Assembly: GCA_013205405.1 (NCBI GenBank)
Contig: JABMMZ010000078.1
Span: forward strand, 2,616-66,615
Source: Bacteroidota bacterium
Lineage (GTDB): Bacteria; Bacteroidota; Bacteroidia; NS11-12g; UBA955
Length of the DNA stretch: 64,000 bases
Direction: 5' to 3'
This document shows, in pieces, positions 1-10,453 of this stretch. A model generated the notes under the pieces. That model was given only the letters and a program-made list of their open reading frames with translations, ran no database searches and was not told the origin of the DNA. Both the position numbers and the translations under genes were made by a program. How positions within the stretch are numbered: the first letter of the stretch is position 1; every line of letters begins with the position of its first letter.

Positions 1-596
1 GCACAACTTAACACATTTTCGCTTAGCATACCATTGCTATAAGCTATACCCATTTGAGCTACTTTATATTTATTGCTACCAAAAGAACGGAAACCAATAA
101 TAGGATTTTTTGGATTATTATTAATATCTACATCTGGTCCAAAATTGATATGGATGCCCATGCGTTTAAACTGCTTACCCATTGCAACGCCTATTTGATA
201 AGTTAAACTATCACTTTGCATAGCCCCTAATGTAAGGGCATACGGAAATTTTTGAGTGTTTTGCAAACGCATTGCCAATCCCCATTCGCCATCTATTCCT
301 ATCATTAAAGGAATAGAACTATATTGCTGATAATAATTGGTAAGGTATGCTTGTTTAAGAGGATCATTTTGAAAAAAAATAAGTCCACCAATATGGTATT
401 TTAAAATTAAATTATCAATCTCAGCAGTATGCGCAGCCTCTTTATTACTATATGCTGACACCATAAATAATTGACCTATTTTTTCGTCTAATGTCATTTG
501 CTTAAGTTTATAATCGTACCAAAAAGCAGCATCTTGTGCACTTAAGTTAGCAGAAAAGAAAAAAGAAAAAAATATAATTATGCCTAAGCGTTTCAT
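1..596 (-). CDS. Glycoside hydrolase family 3 (beta-N-acetylhexosaminidase/NagZ-like), 5' part only; extends beyond window start
   Basis: Reverse-strand translation from ATG at 596 gives MKRLGIIIFFSFFFSANLSAQ (signal peptide), then GH3-like motifs KIGQLFMV, GIDGEWGL, INFGPDVD, NPIIGFRSFG. Not in the ORF track because it runs off the window edge. Confidence 0.75.
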   Translation of the reverse strand, partial: MKRLGIIIFFSFFFSANLSAQDAAFWYDYKLKQMTLDEKIGQLFMVSAYSNKEAAHTAEIDNLILKYHIGGLIFFQNDPLKQAYLTNYYQQYSSIPLMIGIDGEWGLAMRLQNTQKFPYALTLGAMQSDSLTYQIGVAMGKQFKRMGIHINFGPDVDINNNPKNPIIGFRSFGSNKYKVAQMGIAYSNGMLSENVLSC

Positions 597-921
597 TTTA
601 TTAATAGATAGAACGCAAAAATAATGCAATTATTAGCTTAATGTTAAGAAAGATATAGAAAGGGTGTATACAAAAAAGTATAACTGCACTTAAATTAATA
701 AATGAGTTGTTAAAGAACTTTATACACAAACTTTTTAATAGCAAAGGGTGAGGCTGGCGTCCACGAAAAGAGCGAAATTTTAATTTTGGTGAACCAGGGG
801 CGGCTGGTTGCAGGGACAAAATTAAAATTTGGTTTTCGTGGGGCCCTTTTTGTTTTACTTTTTGGGCAAACAAAAAGTAATAATATAATTAAGTATGAAA
901 TAGTTTATACTTCAAATATAA

Positions 922-1689
922 CTAAAAAATCGCTTTTCTTTTGTTTAAAAAAGCATCAGTCCCTTCTTTAAAATCAGCAGTAGAAAAAGCTTTTCCAAAC
1001 TCCTCTATTTCAGTTTGAAATCCATTTTTAGAATTATCAAAATAATCGTTTACACAAGTAATAACTTTAGCTACTGCCATAGGCGATTTAGTGGCTATTT
1101 TATTTAAAATTTCAGTACATCTTGGCATTAAATCTTCTATTGATACGACATCAGTTACAAGGCTATATTCAAGAGCAGAATGCGCACTTATAACATCGGC
1201 TGTAAGCAATAATTCCAGCGCTTTGCTTTTACCAATCAATTGCACCAAACGCTGTGTACCACCATATCCTGGAGGAACCCCCAAGTTTACTTCCGGTTGA
1301 CCAAACTTAGCGTTATCACTGGCTATTCTTAAATGGCAAGCCATGGCTAACTCACATCCTCCACCCAATGCAAAGCCATTAACAGCAGCAATAACAGGCT
1401 TTGCACTGCGTTCTATACTATTCATTACCTCGTGTCCATCGGCACTCATTTTAGTACCTTCTTTTTTATTAAAATTTACAAATTCAGAAATATCTGCTCC
1501 TGCAGCAAATGCTTTACTGCCCGCTCCTGTTAAAATAATTCCTGAAATATTTTTATCACTTTGAACAGCATCTACAGCTTTTTTTATTTCTTGTAAAGTT
1601 TCAATATTTAAAGCATTTAACTTGGTTTCTCTATTGATGGTAATAGTTAAAATGGCATTTTCTATTGATGTAAGAATATTGTTATACAT
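922..1689 (-). CDS. Enoyl-CoA hydratase/isomerase (crotonase family)
   Basis: Crotonase motifs GAGSKAFAAGADISEF and AAVNGFALGGGCELAMACHLRIA. Start is probably the internal Met (MYNNIL...) rather than the ORF-track start at 1737. Confidence 0.85.
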   Translation of the reverse strand: MYNNILTSIENAILTITINRETKLNALNIETLQEIKKAVDAVQSDKNISGIILTGAGSKAFAAGADISEFVNFNKKEGTKMSADGHEVMNSIERSAKPVIAAVNGFALGGGCELAMACHLRIASDNAKFGQPEVNLGVPPGYGGTQRLVQLIGKSKALELLLTADVISAHSALEYSLVTDVVSIEDLMPRCTEILNKIATKSPMAVAKVITCVNDYFDNSKNGFQTEIEEFGKAFSTADFKEGTDAFLNKRKAIF

Positions 1690-1743
1690 AGTTTGCAAAA
1701 TTAGGAGAAAAAAGTTTATAATTGTAGAAAATATCATTTGTAA

Positions 1744-2103
1744 ATGGAATTAAGAAAAACTACTACTTTAATTATATTGCTTTTAAGTTATAGTTATATT
1801 AGTGCTCAATATTCTGGCAAATTTATTATACAAAAAACAAAAGAAAATATTAAAAAATACACAAATTATAAAATTGAATTTACTGCTAAATATATAAACC
1901 TTAAAGCCCAAGATACTTTCATAAATGAAATTACCCAAAGAACTTTAGCAGAAAACAATTTACCCTATTATGGCTATAGCTTAGGTGTTATAAAACCAAC
2001 AACAAATGTCATTATTGTTTATAATTCAGAGGATTTGTGTCAGTGGTATGGCAAAGGCTATTCTTACACTAATTTTAATAAAAATTTTAGACAGACTAAT
2101 TAA
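1744..2103 (+). CDS. Hypothetical secreted protein (N-terminal signal peptide)
   Basis: 119-aa ORF with N-terminal hydrophobic signal-like segment MELRKTTTLIILLLSYSYISAQ; no recognisable domain. Confidence 0.5.
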   Translation: MELRKTTTLIILLLSYSYISAQYSGKFIIQKTKENIKKYTNYKIEFTAKYINLKAQDTFINEITQRTLAENNLPYYGYSLGVIKPTTNVIIVYNSEDLCQWYGKGYSYTNFNKNFRQTN

Positions 2104-2114
2104 ACAATAACAAT

Positions 2115-2762
2115 ATGTATATCATCCCTATATTACACGGTATTTGGCAAGGCTTTTTAATCAGTATTTTACTATTTGGCCCTGCTTTTTTCAAATTGGT
2201 TCATATTAGTATTCAAGAAGGTTTTAGAAAAGGAGTTTTACTAGCTTGGGGTGTCTTTTTAAGCGACTTACTCGTAGTTGCGCTTTGTATATTTGGTTTT
2301 GCAGATTTTATGCAAAGTTTACCATTTCAAAAAATGTATAGCTTATGTGGTGCTATTGTCTTGTTTTTATTAGGTATTAAAGCATTCAACCACCAATATA
2401 AAGCCTTTTTACAATCTTACTCTGCACGTGTGCCTGCCAGTAAAGGAATTTTAAAAGGATTTTTGCTCAATTTAGCCAATCCTTTTACCTTTATTTTATG
2501 GTTTAATGTGCTAGGTACTGTAAGTTTGAAATATGTAGACGAATCAAAATATACCTGGTTAGTCTCCATTAATTTAATGACTATTTTAATTATTATTTTC
2601 TTAATGGATGTGTTAAAAGTGTATTTAAGTCATCTAATTGGCAAAAAATTGAATGTGCGCCTATTTTTTACAATAAATAAATATTTTGGATTACTGCTCA
2701 TCATTATTGGGGCTATTTTCTTATTTCGATTTGCCAAATTGATGGGTTGGATACAAGTTTAA
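2115..2762 (+). CDS. LysE/RhtB family amino-acid exporter
   Basis: ~6-TM, 215-aa protein with LysE-like segments (LLAWGVFLSDLLVV..., LANPFTFILWF). Confidence 0.7.
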   Translation: MYIIPILHGIWQGFLISILLFGPAFFKLVHISIQEGFRKGVLLAWGVFLSDLLVVALCIFGFADFMQSLPFQKMYSLCGAIVLFLLGIKAFNHQYKAFLQSYSARVPASKGILKGFLLNLANPFTFILWFNVLGTVSLKYVDESKYTWLVSINLMTILIIIFLMDVLKVYLSHLIGKKLNVRLFFTINKYFGLLLIIIGAIFLFRFAKLMGWIQV

Positions 2763-2866
2763 AAACTTAAAATTAATAATATTAATTAAAAATTAATTTG
2801 TTGTTAAAAAATAATTTTTAAAATCGTTTTTTTTATGCTTATATTTGAATTTTAAATAACTTATAA

Positions 2867-5800
2867 ATGATTAAAATTTACAAAATTCTAATGTTTACAT
2901 TCTTAATAGGAGGAATGTGTAATGCCAAGGCGCAAGAACTTTCTACTTTAGGTAAAACTTTTTGGATGACTTTTATGGAAAGTATAGGAACGCCTAATAA
3001 TGCACCTGAGTTAAAAATTGTAATCAGTTGCAACAAGGCTACTACCGGCACTGTTAAAAATATTATCACAAATCAAAGTCGTCCCTTTTCAATTGGAGTT
3101 GGCGGTGGACTAGATACAGTATTGATACCAACTTTCATGGGCTACACAACTGGTTCTGAGGCCTCTTCATCTAGAAGTATGGGGTTACTTATTCAAGCTG
3201 CAGATACCATTTCTGTGTCAGCTCAAAATACCAAAACAGCCTCATGCGATGCTGCATTAATATATCCTATTGAAGGATTAGGACTTGATTATCGCGTAGT
3301 TTCTTTCCCTGGAGATATTTATGGATCTAATAATAGTTACAGATCTTCTTTTGCTATTGTAGCTACAGAAAATAATACAGATATAGATATTACCCCAAGT
3401 TCTGCTACTAGTGGTGGTAAAGCAGCAAATAGTACTTTTACAATTACTTTACAAAAAGGAGAAACATATCAAGTATTAGCGAGTTCTAGGACAGGCGATA
3501 TGAGTGGTACATTTGTTCAAGCCAAAGACTGTAAAAAAATTGCTGTTTTTGGAGGTTCTACAAGATCTGTTGTACTTTTTTCTGCTTGTTCTGGTTTTAT
3601 AAATTCCGCAGATCATTTGTATGAGCAAATGATGCCAACCAATATTTGGGGTAAAAAATTTGCTATGATACCTACAACTTGGCAGCCAAATACATTAAGA
3701 AAATACGAGCTAGTTAAAATTGTAACTACGTTGCCTTCTACTAGGATAGTTTTTAATGGCAGAGCAAAAGTTTTACCCAGTGCAGGTATGACAGATACTT
3801 TTTATATTCAAACCAGTAGAGAAAAAGAAGCAATCATTATTGCCAACAAACCAATTGCTATTTGCCAAATTGGTTTATCTCAAAAATGTGATGGAGGCTC
3901 TTCGGATACTGATCCAATGTTAATGTGGTTGACACCTTTAGAACAAACCTTGAAAAACCTAAATTTTTCTTGTGAAAAAGCTGATAAGATCGATAAGTTT
4001 TTTGTAAATATAGTTGTCAAAACTCAGTACAAAGGCACCTTGAAAATTGACGCTTCTTTGCCTACCGCATCATGGAAAACAATTGTTCGCGATACCAGTT
4101 ATTCGTACATTCAACAATCTGGATTAGCTTCTGGCAATCATAATATTAGCTGTCCATTTGGATTCAGTGGTATTTTATATGCTTATGGTGATTATGGGTC
4201 TTATGGTTACAATGTTGGTTCTTCCATAAAACCATTAAGTTTTTATACAATTGCCAATGGTAAGTTAAGCAGTGAATTTGAAGCAGATAGTGCCTATTTT
4301 AATGTTTGCCAAGGCACTACTATTCCTTTTGATGGAGGTGCATCTACTGCTCCTAGTAGCTGGAAATGGGTATTTAGTGATGGTAGCACTCCAAAAACAA
4401 CCAAATCTTTTACCAAAGTATTTAATACTCCAGGTACTTATACTATAGACATGATAGCCCGAAGAACAACTAATGGCACATGTAATGGCAATAACTATAT
4501 AGATGATACGGTTCGTTCAGAAATTAGAGTATTTGCCAAACCTATAATTAAACTTATGAATGATACAATCATTTGTAGAGGTAATAAATTTACAATTAAT
4601 TCAACAACAGATGGTGACACCAATTTTACTTTTCTACCTGCTACTTGGCTTAATTGTACAAAATGCCAATTTCCTATTGTAAAACCATTCATGGATACTA
4701 CCTATACTGTAAGTGCAACTTCTAAAGGTTGTTTGCCAAGTAGAGATACATTTAGTGTAAAAATTAGAGATAGTATTTTTCTGACTACTAGCACCGATAC
4801 TACTATTTGCAGAGGTACTTCTACCACACTAACCGCTAGCAGTATTGGCGGTTTAGTAGGCAATCATGTTATAACTTGGGATAATGGATTAGGTATTGGA
4901 TTAAGCAAGTTAGTATCACCAATGGCAACTACTACTTATAGAGCAATTTTAACAGATGCTTGTACCAAAGATGCTAATGATAGCTTTTATGCAGATACTA
5001 ATTATATAACAGTAACCGTTTTAGATAGTTTAAAAATTACGATGCCAAATGATACGGTCGTATGCGAAGGTAATGATGTAACACTAACAGCTAAGGTAGT
5101 TGGTGGACGTACAAGTACACATATTGTAAATTGGGATAATAGCCTTGGTGCTGGTTTTACAAAAACCATTACTATGAGCGTAACCACTACTTACAAAGCT
5201 GTATTTGAAGATGGTTGTACAGTTCCAAAAGATTCTGGAATAGTAACTGTAACTGTTAGGCCAAGTATTAAAATAGATACTATTATTTTCAATAATCCTG
5301 TATGTAAAAATGCTGTATTTACTGCTAAAGTAAAAGCGAGTGGTGGTGATACTACAGTTTATAAATTCTACTTGTACAACACTACTACGGGGACCAATGT
5401 ATTGATAGATAGTGCTAAAAATGTGACTTCTAAATCATTTAATTTAAATATTCCAGATGATTCTAAATTTAATGTGGTAATGAAGCAAGGTTGCAATACA
5501 CAACAGGTAAGTAAAAAATTCAATGTTAAAATAAAAACTGGACTATCTGTAAATTCAACTGTAGCAGCTGATACAGTATGTGTAGGCCAAAATTATACAA
5601 TAGGTATTACGGGCGCAAGTGCTGATTTATTGCCTATTAAATTTGTTTTGAAAAGAAAAAATGGAGTTAATTGGATTGCTGTAGATTCAACCATAAATTT
5701 AAGTGCTGCTAATTTTGTAGTAACCGCTCCAACAGTTACTTTAACCGATTATTTAATAGTAGGCAATGACAATTGTAGTAGAAGCGATTCATCTACTTTC

Positions 5801-6889
5801 AGATTGATGAGACGTGCACCATTAACCTTGTCTAAAATAAGAGATACTATACTTTGTAGAAATGAAACACAATCATATACTGCTAATGCAGTAGGTGGAA
5901 AAACACAAAGTATTACATACAATTGGACAGATTTAAATTATGCCACTTTCTTTGGTGCAAATAAGGCTGTTACGCTTTCGCCAACTAACTCTATGAAAGT
6001 AAAATTGAATGTTTCAGATGGTTGCTCTTCGCCTTTGGTAGATTCTGCACTCATTATGGTGGCACCTTTGGTTACCAATAGTATTTTAGCAACAGATATA
6101 GCGGGTTGCGAACCATATAAAACTGAGTTCACTTTCCCTACTACACAAGCACAAACACCTTATAACCCAACGTTTACATGGCTTTGGAACTTTGATGCAA
6201 CAACGCTTAATGTGCCATCAACAGCTGGCCAAGTTTTTCCTAATATTCCAAAAACCTATCCAAATTCAGGTATTTACCAAACAGGCGTACAAATGCAATT
6301 AAGCAATGGTGTAAAATGTTTACCAATTTACACGCAGCAAATAGATGTTTACAAACAAGCTACAGCCAATTTTGATTATATGCCTAAACTGATTGATGTT
6401 GTAGATCCTGATGTTACATTTACCAATATGTCTCAAGGCTCTACCATACATTTCTGGCATTATGATGATACTTTCCCTGGTATATATGAGCAAATAGATA
6501 ACCCAGTGCATAGATTTGAAGATACAGGTGAATATACCATAACACTTATAGCTACCAATGTGAACGGATGTGCTGATACTGTGCAGCAAAAACTAATAGT
6601 AAAAGACATCTACAGAATTTTTATTCCTAGTGCATTTTCACCAAATAGTGATGATTTTAATACAACTTGGTACCCACGTATAACAAGCACCCAATCTGCT
6701 GAATTATCAGTTTTCAACCGTTGGGGAGAAAAGGTCTATCAAAGTAATGATGGTACAGGAAAATGGAATGGCCGAATTGCCAATTCAACTATAGATTGTC
6801 CTGAAGGTGTATATTATTATCATTTGAAAATAAGAGATACACGCAAGAAATGGCATTATTATAATGGCACTTTAACACTTTTAAGATAA
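2867..6889 (+). CDS. Giant secreted repeat protein (1340 aa) with T9SS type B C-terminal sorting domain (gliding motility-associated CTD); adhesin-like
   Basis: Signal peptide. About 7 tandem ~75-80-aa Cys-bracketed modules (C.G...L.A..GG....W.NGLG....V.P..TTTY...L.D.C). A PKD-like region. C-terminal IPSAFSPNSDDFN...FNRWGEKVYQSNDGTGKWNG, typical of type B CTD (TIGR04131-like). Confidence 0.85.
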   Translation: MIKIYKILMFTFLIGGMCNAKAQELSTLGKTFWMTFMESIGTPNNAPELKIVISCNKATTGTVKNIITNQSRPFSIGVGGGLDTVLIPTFMGYTTGSEASSSRSMGLLIQAADTISVSAQNTKTASCDAALIYPIEGLGLDYRVVSFPGDIYGSNNSYRSSFAIVATENNTDIDITPSSATSGGKAANSTFTITLQKGETYQVLASSRTGDMSGTFVQAKDCKKIAVFGGSTRSVVLFSACSGFINSADHLYEQMMPTNIWGKKFAMIPTTWQPNTLRKYELVKIVTTLPSTRIVFNGRAKVLPSAGMTDTFYIQTSREKEAIIIANKPIAICQIGLSQKCDGGSSDTDPMLMWLTPLEQTLKNLNFSCEKADKIDKFFVNIVVKTQYKGTLKIDASLPTASWKTIVRDTSYSYIQQSGLASGNHNISCPFGFSGILYAYGDYGSYGYNVGSSIKPLSFYTIANGKLSSEFEADSAYFNVCQGTTIPFDGGASTAPSSWKWVFSDGSTPKTTKSFTKVFNTPGTYTIDMIARRTTNGTCNGNNYIDDTVRSEIRVFAKPIIKLMNDTIICRGNKFTINSTTDGDTNFTFLPATWLNCTKCQFPIVKPFMDTTYTVSATSKGCLPSRDTFSVKIRDSIFLTTSTDTTICRGTSTTLTASSIGGLVGNHVITWDNGLGIGLSKLVSPMATTTYRAILTDACTKDANDSFYADTNYITVTVLDSLKITMPNDTVVCEGNDVTLTAKVVGGRTSTHIVNWDNSLGAGFTKTITMSVTTTYKAVFEDGCTVPKDSGIVTVTVRPSIKIDTIIFNNPVCKNAVFTAKVKASGGDTTVYKFYLYNTTTGTNVLIDSAKNVTSKSFNLNIPDDSKFNVVMKQGCNTQQVSKKFNVKIKTGLSVNSTVAADTVCVGQNYTIGITGASADLLPIKFVLKRKNGVNWIAVDSTINLSAANFVVTAPTVTLTDYLIVGNDNCSRSDSSTFRLMRRAPLTLSKIRDTILCRNETQSYTANAVGGKTQSITYNWTDLNYATFFGANKAVTLSPTNSMKVKLNVSDGCSSPLVDSALIMVAPLVTNSILATDIAGCEPYKTEFTFPTTQAQTPYNPTFTWLWNFDATTLNVPSTAGQVFPNIPKTYPNSGIYQTGVQMQLSNGVKCLPIYTQQIDVYKQATANFDYMPKLIDVVDPDVTFTNMSQGSTIHFWHYDDTFPGIYEQIDNPVHRFEDTGEYTITLIATNVNGCADTVQQKLIVKDIYRIFIPSAFSPNSDDFNTTWYPRITSTQSAELSVFNRWGEKVYQSNDGTGKWNGRIANSTIDCPEGVYYYHLKIRDTRKKWHYYNGTLTLLR

Positions 6890-6892
6890 CAT

Positions 6893-6927
6893 AAAAAAAG
6901 CCTTCTAAATTTTAGAAGGCTTTTTTT
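6893..6927. terminator. Bidirectional Rho-independent terminator between convergent genes
   Basis: A7-gccttct-aaatttt-agaaggc-T7: perfect 7-10 bp GC-containing stem flanked by an A-run and a T-run. Confidence 0.8.
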
Positions 6928-6993
6928 ATAACTTTTTAATTGTATTATACTAATTCCACTAAGCTATCAACTAATGTTTTAGGATTAACCTCA

Positions 6994-7329
6994 TTAGAAA
7001 TATTTCCAATTTTTTTCAAAGAATACATCACATTGTCGAGCATTTTTTTCGCTTACTTGAAAATCTGTATTCCACTCGGTGCTATAAAACCATGTAAGCG
7101 CATCTTCTGGTTGCATATCAAATTTTTCAAGCAACATATCAATACTGTTATCGGCAGTCATAAATTGTTTGGTTGTAAAATTAATGGCTTTTAATAATTT
7201 GGTTATGGCACTATAAAATTGCCAATTGAAATCTACATTGGCTTTTTTAAATAACCCATAATAATTGGCTAATTTCCACGGTAAATTAAAATGCTCAGGT
7301 ACACCACCTATATTAATAACTGTGTACAT
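6994..7329 (-). CDS. Hypothetical protein (111 aa); N-terminus faintly resembles a periplasmic-binding-fold (MqnA/MqnD/SBP-like) start, possibly truncated
   Basis: ORF sits 3 nt downstream of the OmpA-like gene. INIGGVPEHFNLPW resembles the N-terminal signature of MqnA/SBP-fold proteins, but the ORF is far shorter than that family. Confidence 0.35.
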   Translation of the reverse strand: MYTVINIGGVPEHFNLPWKLANYYGLFKKANVDFNWQFYSAITKLLKAINFTTKQFMTADNSIDMLLEKFDMQPEDALTWFYSTEWNTDFQVSEKNARQCDVFFEKNWKYF

Positions 7330-7332
7330 TAT

Positions 7333-9102
7333 TTATTCATTGTTATTGCAATATTTTTTAATGAAATTTTCCCAATCTTCATCGGGTACATAAACAAGTT
7401 TAGGTGTTTTTAGTTTGCCTGTAATAAAATTCTTTTTTAATTGCGTTCCATATCCTATCCATGCATAATGCTTACCACCAATTAATTTATGCGCTAAAAA
7501 AATTTGATTTTTAGTATCGCTTTTCTTTTCAAAATCAGTTGCTACAATAGTACTTTTACCTTTATTTTTAATAAATTTAGAATACACCGCTACACCTTCT
7601 TCTTTATTGCCATAAACCAAAGTAGCATCATTGGTCTTTTTTACTTTAATACTTATTTTTTTAGCTTTAGATGTTTCTTCTCCTGCATCATCTGCATTAG
7701 ATAAACCTTTTTTGTCTATTGGTGTTAATTCTAAAATTGAATACAAGCCACTAAAAGGTGCATCAAAAACAATAAAATCGCAGTTGATTAAACCAAGGCA
7801 TGAGTCTGGAAAACTAACTTTATTAGGCCAATTTAAAAAATTATCATTTTTTGTTTCTGCCGAAAGAATAGCGTACTTCTTACCTTTATGAGCTGGCAAT
7901 TGAGATTTAGGAATAAAAATTAAAACGGTTTCTTTTTTATTCATTATCAATTCTGCTGAATCATTATGTTGGCAAACATCTATATCTGCAAAACGAATAA
8001 TTTCTCTATCATACTTTTGTATGGAAGGAATATTGCTAATGCCTGGATATAAAAAATTATTACAAAGTGATAACATTTCATTTGTGCTAATATTATCATA
8101 AAACCTTGATTTAACTTGCGAAATTTCTATTTTCTTAAAACTACCAGCGTTCATTAAAACTATTCCATTACTACTACCATATTTTGCAAATTCATTAGAT
8201 TTAGTAGGAGTTTCTAAGCCACCAAAAGATGAATTTGAACAATTACATGCTGGATTCTTTGTTGCGCAATTTATAAATTCATTTATTTTGCTAGTTTGAA
8301 ATGTTTGTAAAGTGCAAGGTTCGTCATTAAAATTAACAGAATTGCCAATTAATGAAACTTTATTATCAGTTGGTTTCCATGTTATTGTTTTATCCTTAGC
8401 TACCATTGATTCATACAATTTATAATCACTGTATTGATTCATGACTGGTAATTTGATTAAAACAGGTTTTGTATTTTTTACAGGCTTGCCTTTGTAAGTA
8501 GCAGTTAACCTTACAATACCATTACTTAATAAGGTTGAACCTTTATCATCTTTCATTAAGATATTATACTTTTTAATATCCGCCTCAGTTGCTATATTTT
8601 CTATTTTAAAAACCAATTCATCGTTATTATATCCCTCAAAGGTATTGGCAGAAATTAAGGCTGACATACAACCTGACTTTATCAAAGTATCTCTGTCTGG
8701 TTTTGCAAAATAAATAACAATATCTACTCTTCGCATTTCATCTAAATCAGCACCAGTAACTTTTTCGCCTAAGCTAGCTGCATTAAATTTCTTTTTATAC
8801 ATAGACAGGTTTTTACTCATTATATAACCAGCCACAGTATCTGTTCTATTGGTAGATAATTCTAAATTGGCGACTGCATTGCCAGTTGTATCGGCATAGC
8901 CATTTAATTGAATCCGTCTAATATTGGTTTGTACTTTTAATAAATTTACCACCGAATCTAATACTAGATAATCATTGGGTTTAATTTTAGATTGATTAAC
9001 ATCAAAATAAACGGTAAATTTTTTAGATAATTGAGCTTTAGCTTGAAAAGAAAAAATTAAAGCAAATGCTATCGCAACATTTTTAAGAAATGAAAAATTC
9101 AT
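7333..9102 (-). CDS. OmpA-family domain protein (N-terminal OmpA-like peptidoglycan-binding domain, large C-terminal domain of unknown function)
   Basis: Signal peptide, then FTVYFDVNQSKIKP...LNGYADTTGNAVANLELSTNRTDTVAGYI (OmpA C-like motif). Cys-rich segment CATKNPACNCSNSS. Confidence 0.65.
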   Translation of the reverse strand: MNFSFLKNVAIAFALIFSFQAKAQLSKKFTVYFDVNQSKIKPNDYLVLDSVVNLLKVQTNIRRIQLNGYADTTGNAVANLELSTNRTDTVAGYIMSKNLSMYKKKFNAASLGEKVTGADLDEMRRVDIVIYFAKPDRDTLIKSGCMSALISANTFEGYNNDELVFKIENIATEADIKKYNILMKDDKGSTLLSNGIVRLTATYKGKPVKNTKPVLIKLPVMNQYSDYKLYESMVAKDKTITWKPTDNKVSLIGNSVNFNDEPCTLQTFQTSKINEFINCATKNPACNCSNSSFGGLETPTKSNEFAKYGSSNGIVLMNAGSFKKIEISQVKSRFYDNISTNEMLSLCNNFLYPGISNIPSIQKYDREIIRFADIDVCQHNDSAELIMNKKETVLIFIPKSQLPAHKGKKYAILSAETKNDNFLNWPNKVSFPDSCLGLINCDFIVFDAPFSGLYSILELTPIDKKGLSNADDAGEETSKAKKISIKVKKTNDATLVYGNKEEGVAVYSKFIKNKGKSTIVATDFEKKSDTKNQIFLAHKLIGGKHYAWIGYGTQLKKNFITGKLKTPKLVYVPDEDWENFIKKYCNNNE

Positions 9103-9278
9103 GCGACAAAACTAATCCTTCCTTATAAAATAATCTTATGTTTTATATTAAATATTTAAACAATGTATGAACGAAAAAAAAATTAATTATTGATTGAGTT
9201 GATATAATTACTGCTCTTCATGCTATCATTAATAATTTTTATTTAGTTTAATAAAGTATTTAAATTTCATGGTAATCT

Positions 9279-10154
9279 TTAATTACTAACCATCTCAGGT
9301 GAAATTTTCTTAATTAAACCCTGCAATACCTTACCGGGTCCAAGTTCGGTAAATTGAGTAGCCCCATCTAAAACCATGGCTTGCACACTTTGCGTCCATT
9401 TTACAGGAGCAGTTAATTGTTTTAATAGGTTAGCTTTTATGGCATTGGCATCACTCACTGCATAAGCCGTTACATTTTGATATATTGGGCAACTTGGATT
9501 TTGAAAAACAGTATTTTCTATGGCCAAGGCCAATTGCTCTTCTGCGGGTTTCATGAGTGGTGAGTGAAAAGCACCACCTACTGGTAATAATAAAGCCCGT
9601 TTAGCGCCAGCTTCTTTTAGTTTTTCGCAAGCCTCATTTACAGCTTCTATGCTTCCAGAAATTACCAATTGCCCCGGACAATTATAATTGGCAGCTACCA
9701 CTACGCCACTTTTTATACTATCACATATTTCTTCTACTTTACTATCGTCTAAACCTAATATTGCTGCCATGGTACTTGCTTGCATTTCGCAAGCTTGTTG
9801 CATTGCCATGGCGCGTTGGTACACTAACTGCAAACCATCTTCAAAAGTCAAAGCGCCTGTAGCTACCAAAGCCGAAAACTCTCCCAAACTATGACCTGCC
9901 ACCATATCAGGTTTAAACTCGGTACCTAAGCACTTGGCCGCAATAACAGAATGTAAGAATATAGCGGGTTGCGTAATTTTAGTTTGTTTTAAACCTTCGT
10001 CTGTACCACTAAACATTTCATCTGTAATGCTAAAACCTAAAATTTCATTAGCCGTATTGTAAAGTGTTTTGGCTATTTCGAATTGGTCGTATAAATCTTT
10101 TCCCATACCCACAAATTGTGCGCCTTGACCGGGGAATACGTAAGCATGTTTCAT
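9279..10154 (-). CDS. fabD: Malonyl CoA-ACP transacylase
   Basis: FPGQGAQFVGMGKDLY, GHSLGEFSALV (active-site Ser), VAANYNCPGQLVISG. Confidence 0.95.
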   Translation of the reverse strand: MKHAYVFPGQGAQFVGMGKDLYDQFEIAKTLYNTANEILGFSITDEMFSGTDEGLKQTKITQPAIFLHSVIAAKCLGTEFKPDMVAGHSLGEFSALVATGALTFEDGLQLVYQRAMAMQQACEMQASTMAAILGLDDSKVEEICDSIKSGVVVAANYNCPGQLVISGSIEAVNEACEKLKEAGAKRALLLPVGGAFHSPLMKPAEEQLALAIENTVFQNPSCPIYQNVTAYAVSDANAIKANLLKQLTAPVKWTQSVQAMVLDGATQFTELGPGKVLQGLIKKISPEMVSN

Positions 10155-10453
10155 TTTATTTATTGTTGAATTGTTATATTGTTTAAGTCATTCTAAACTA
10201 ATCTCATTAAACTTAGTGAAATAAAAATGCACTCATTTATTCAGTACTATTTCATGAAGCGAATCTGAATAATCTAATTTTGCTATTGTTGAATTTTTTT
10301 GCCAATTGCCGATTTAGAATATGCCTACTATATTTCACCAATTTAATTATTCCAATTGTTTTATATTTATGTTTCAATGTTAGTTTAAAAAGAAATAATT
10401 TCAAAATTTTTATATTGAGATATTTTTATTAATGTTGAAGAAATAAAATTTAT

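Noticed and set aside
761-841. Considered whether the hairpin is the small SRP (4.5S) RNA or 6S RNA.
   Set aside because: Lacks the conserved SRP domain IV motifs (GGAA tetraloop, AGCAGCC/AGG bulge). Too short for 6S. Left as an unclassified structured element.
601-971. ORFs 601..873(-) and 786..971(+) in the GH3-hydratase intergenic region.
   Set aside because: They span the GC-rich hairpin and have low-complexity composition with no motifs. More likely non-coding structure (reported as a finding).
6940-7194. ORF 6940..7194(+) overlapping the 111-aa minus-strand ORF.
   Set aside because: Overlaps the bidirectional terminator region and the better-placed minus-strand ORF; no motifs.
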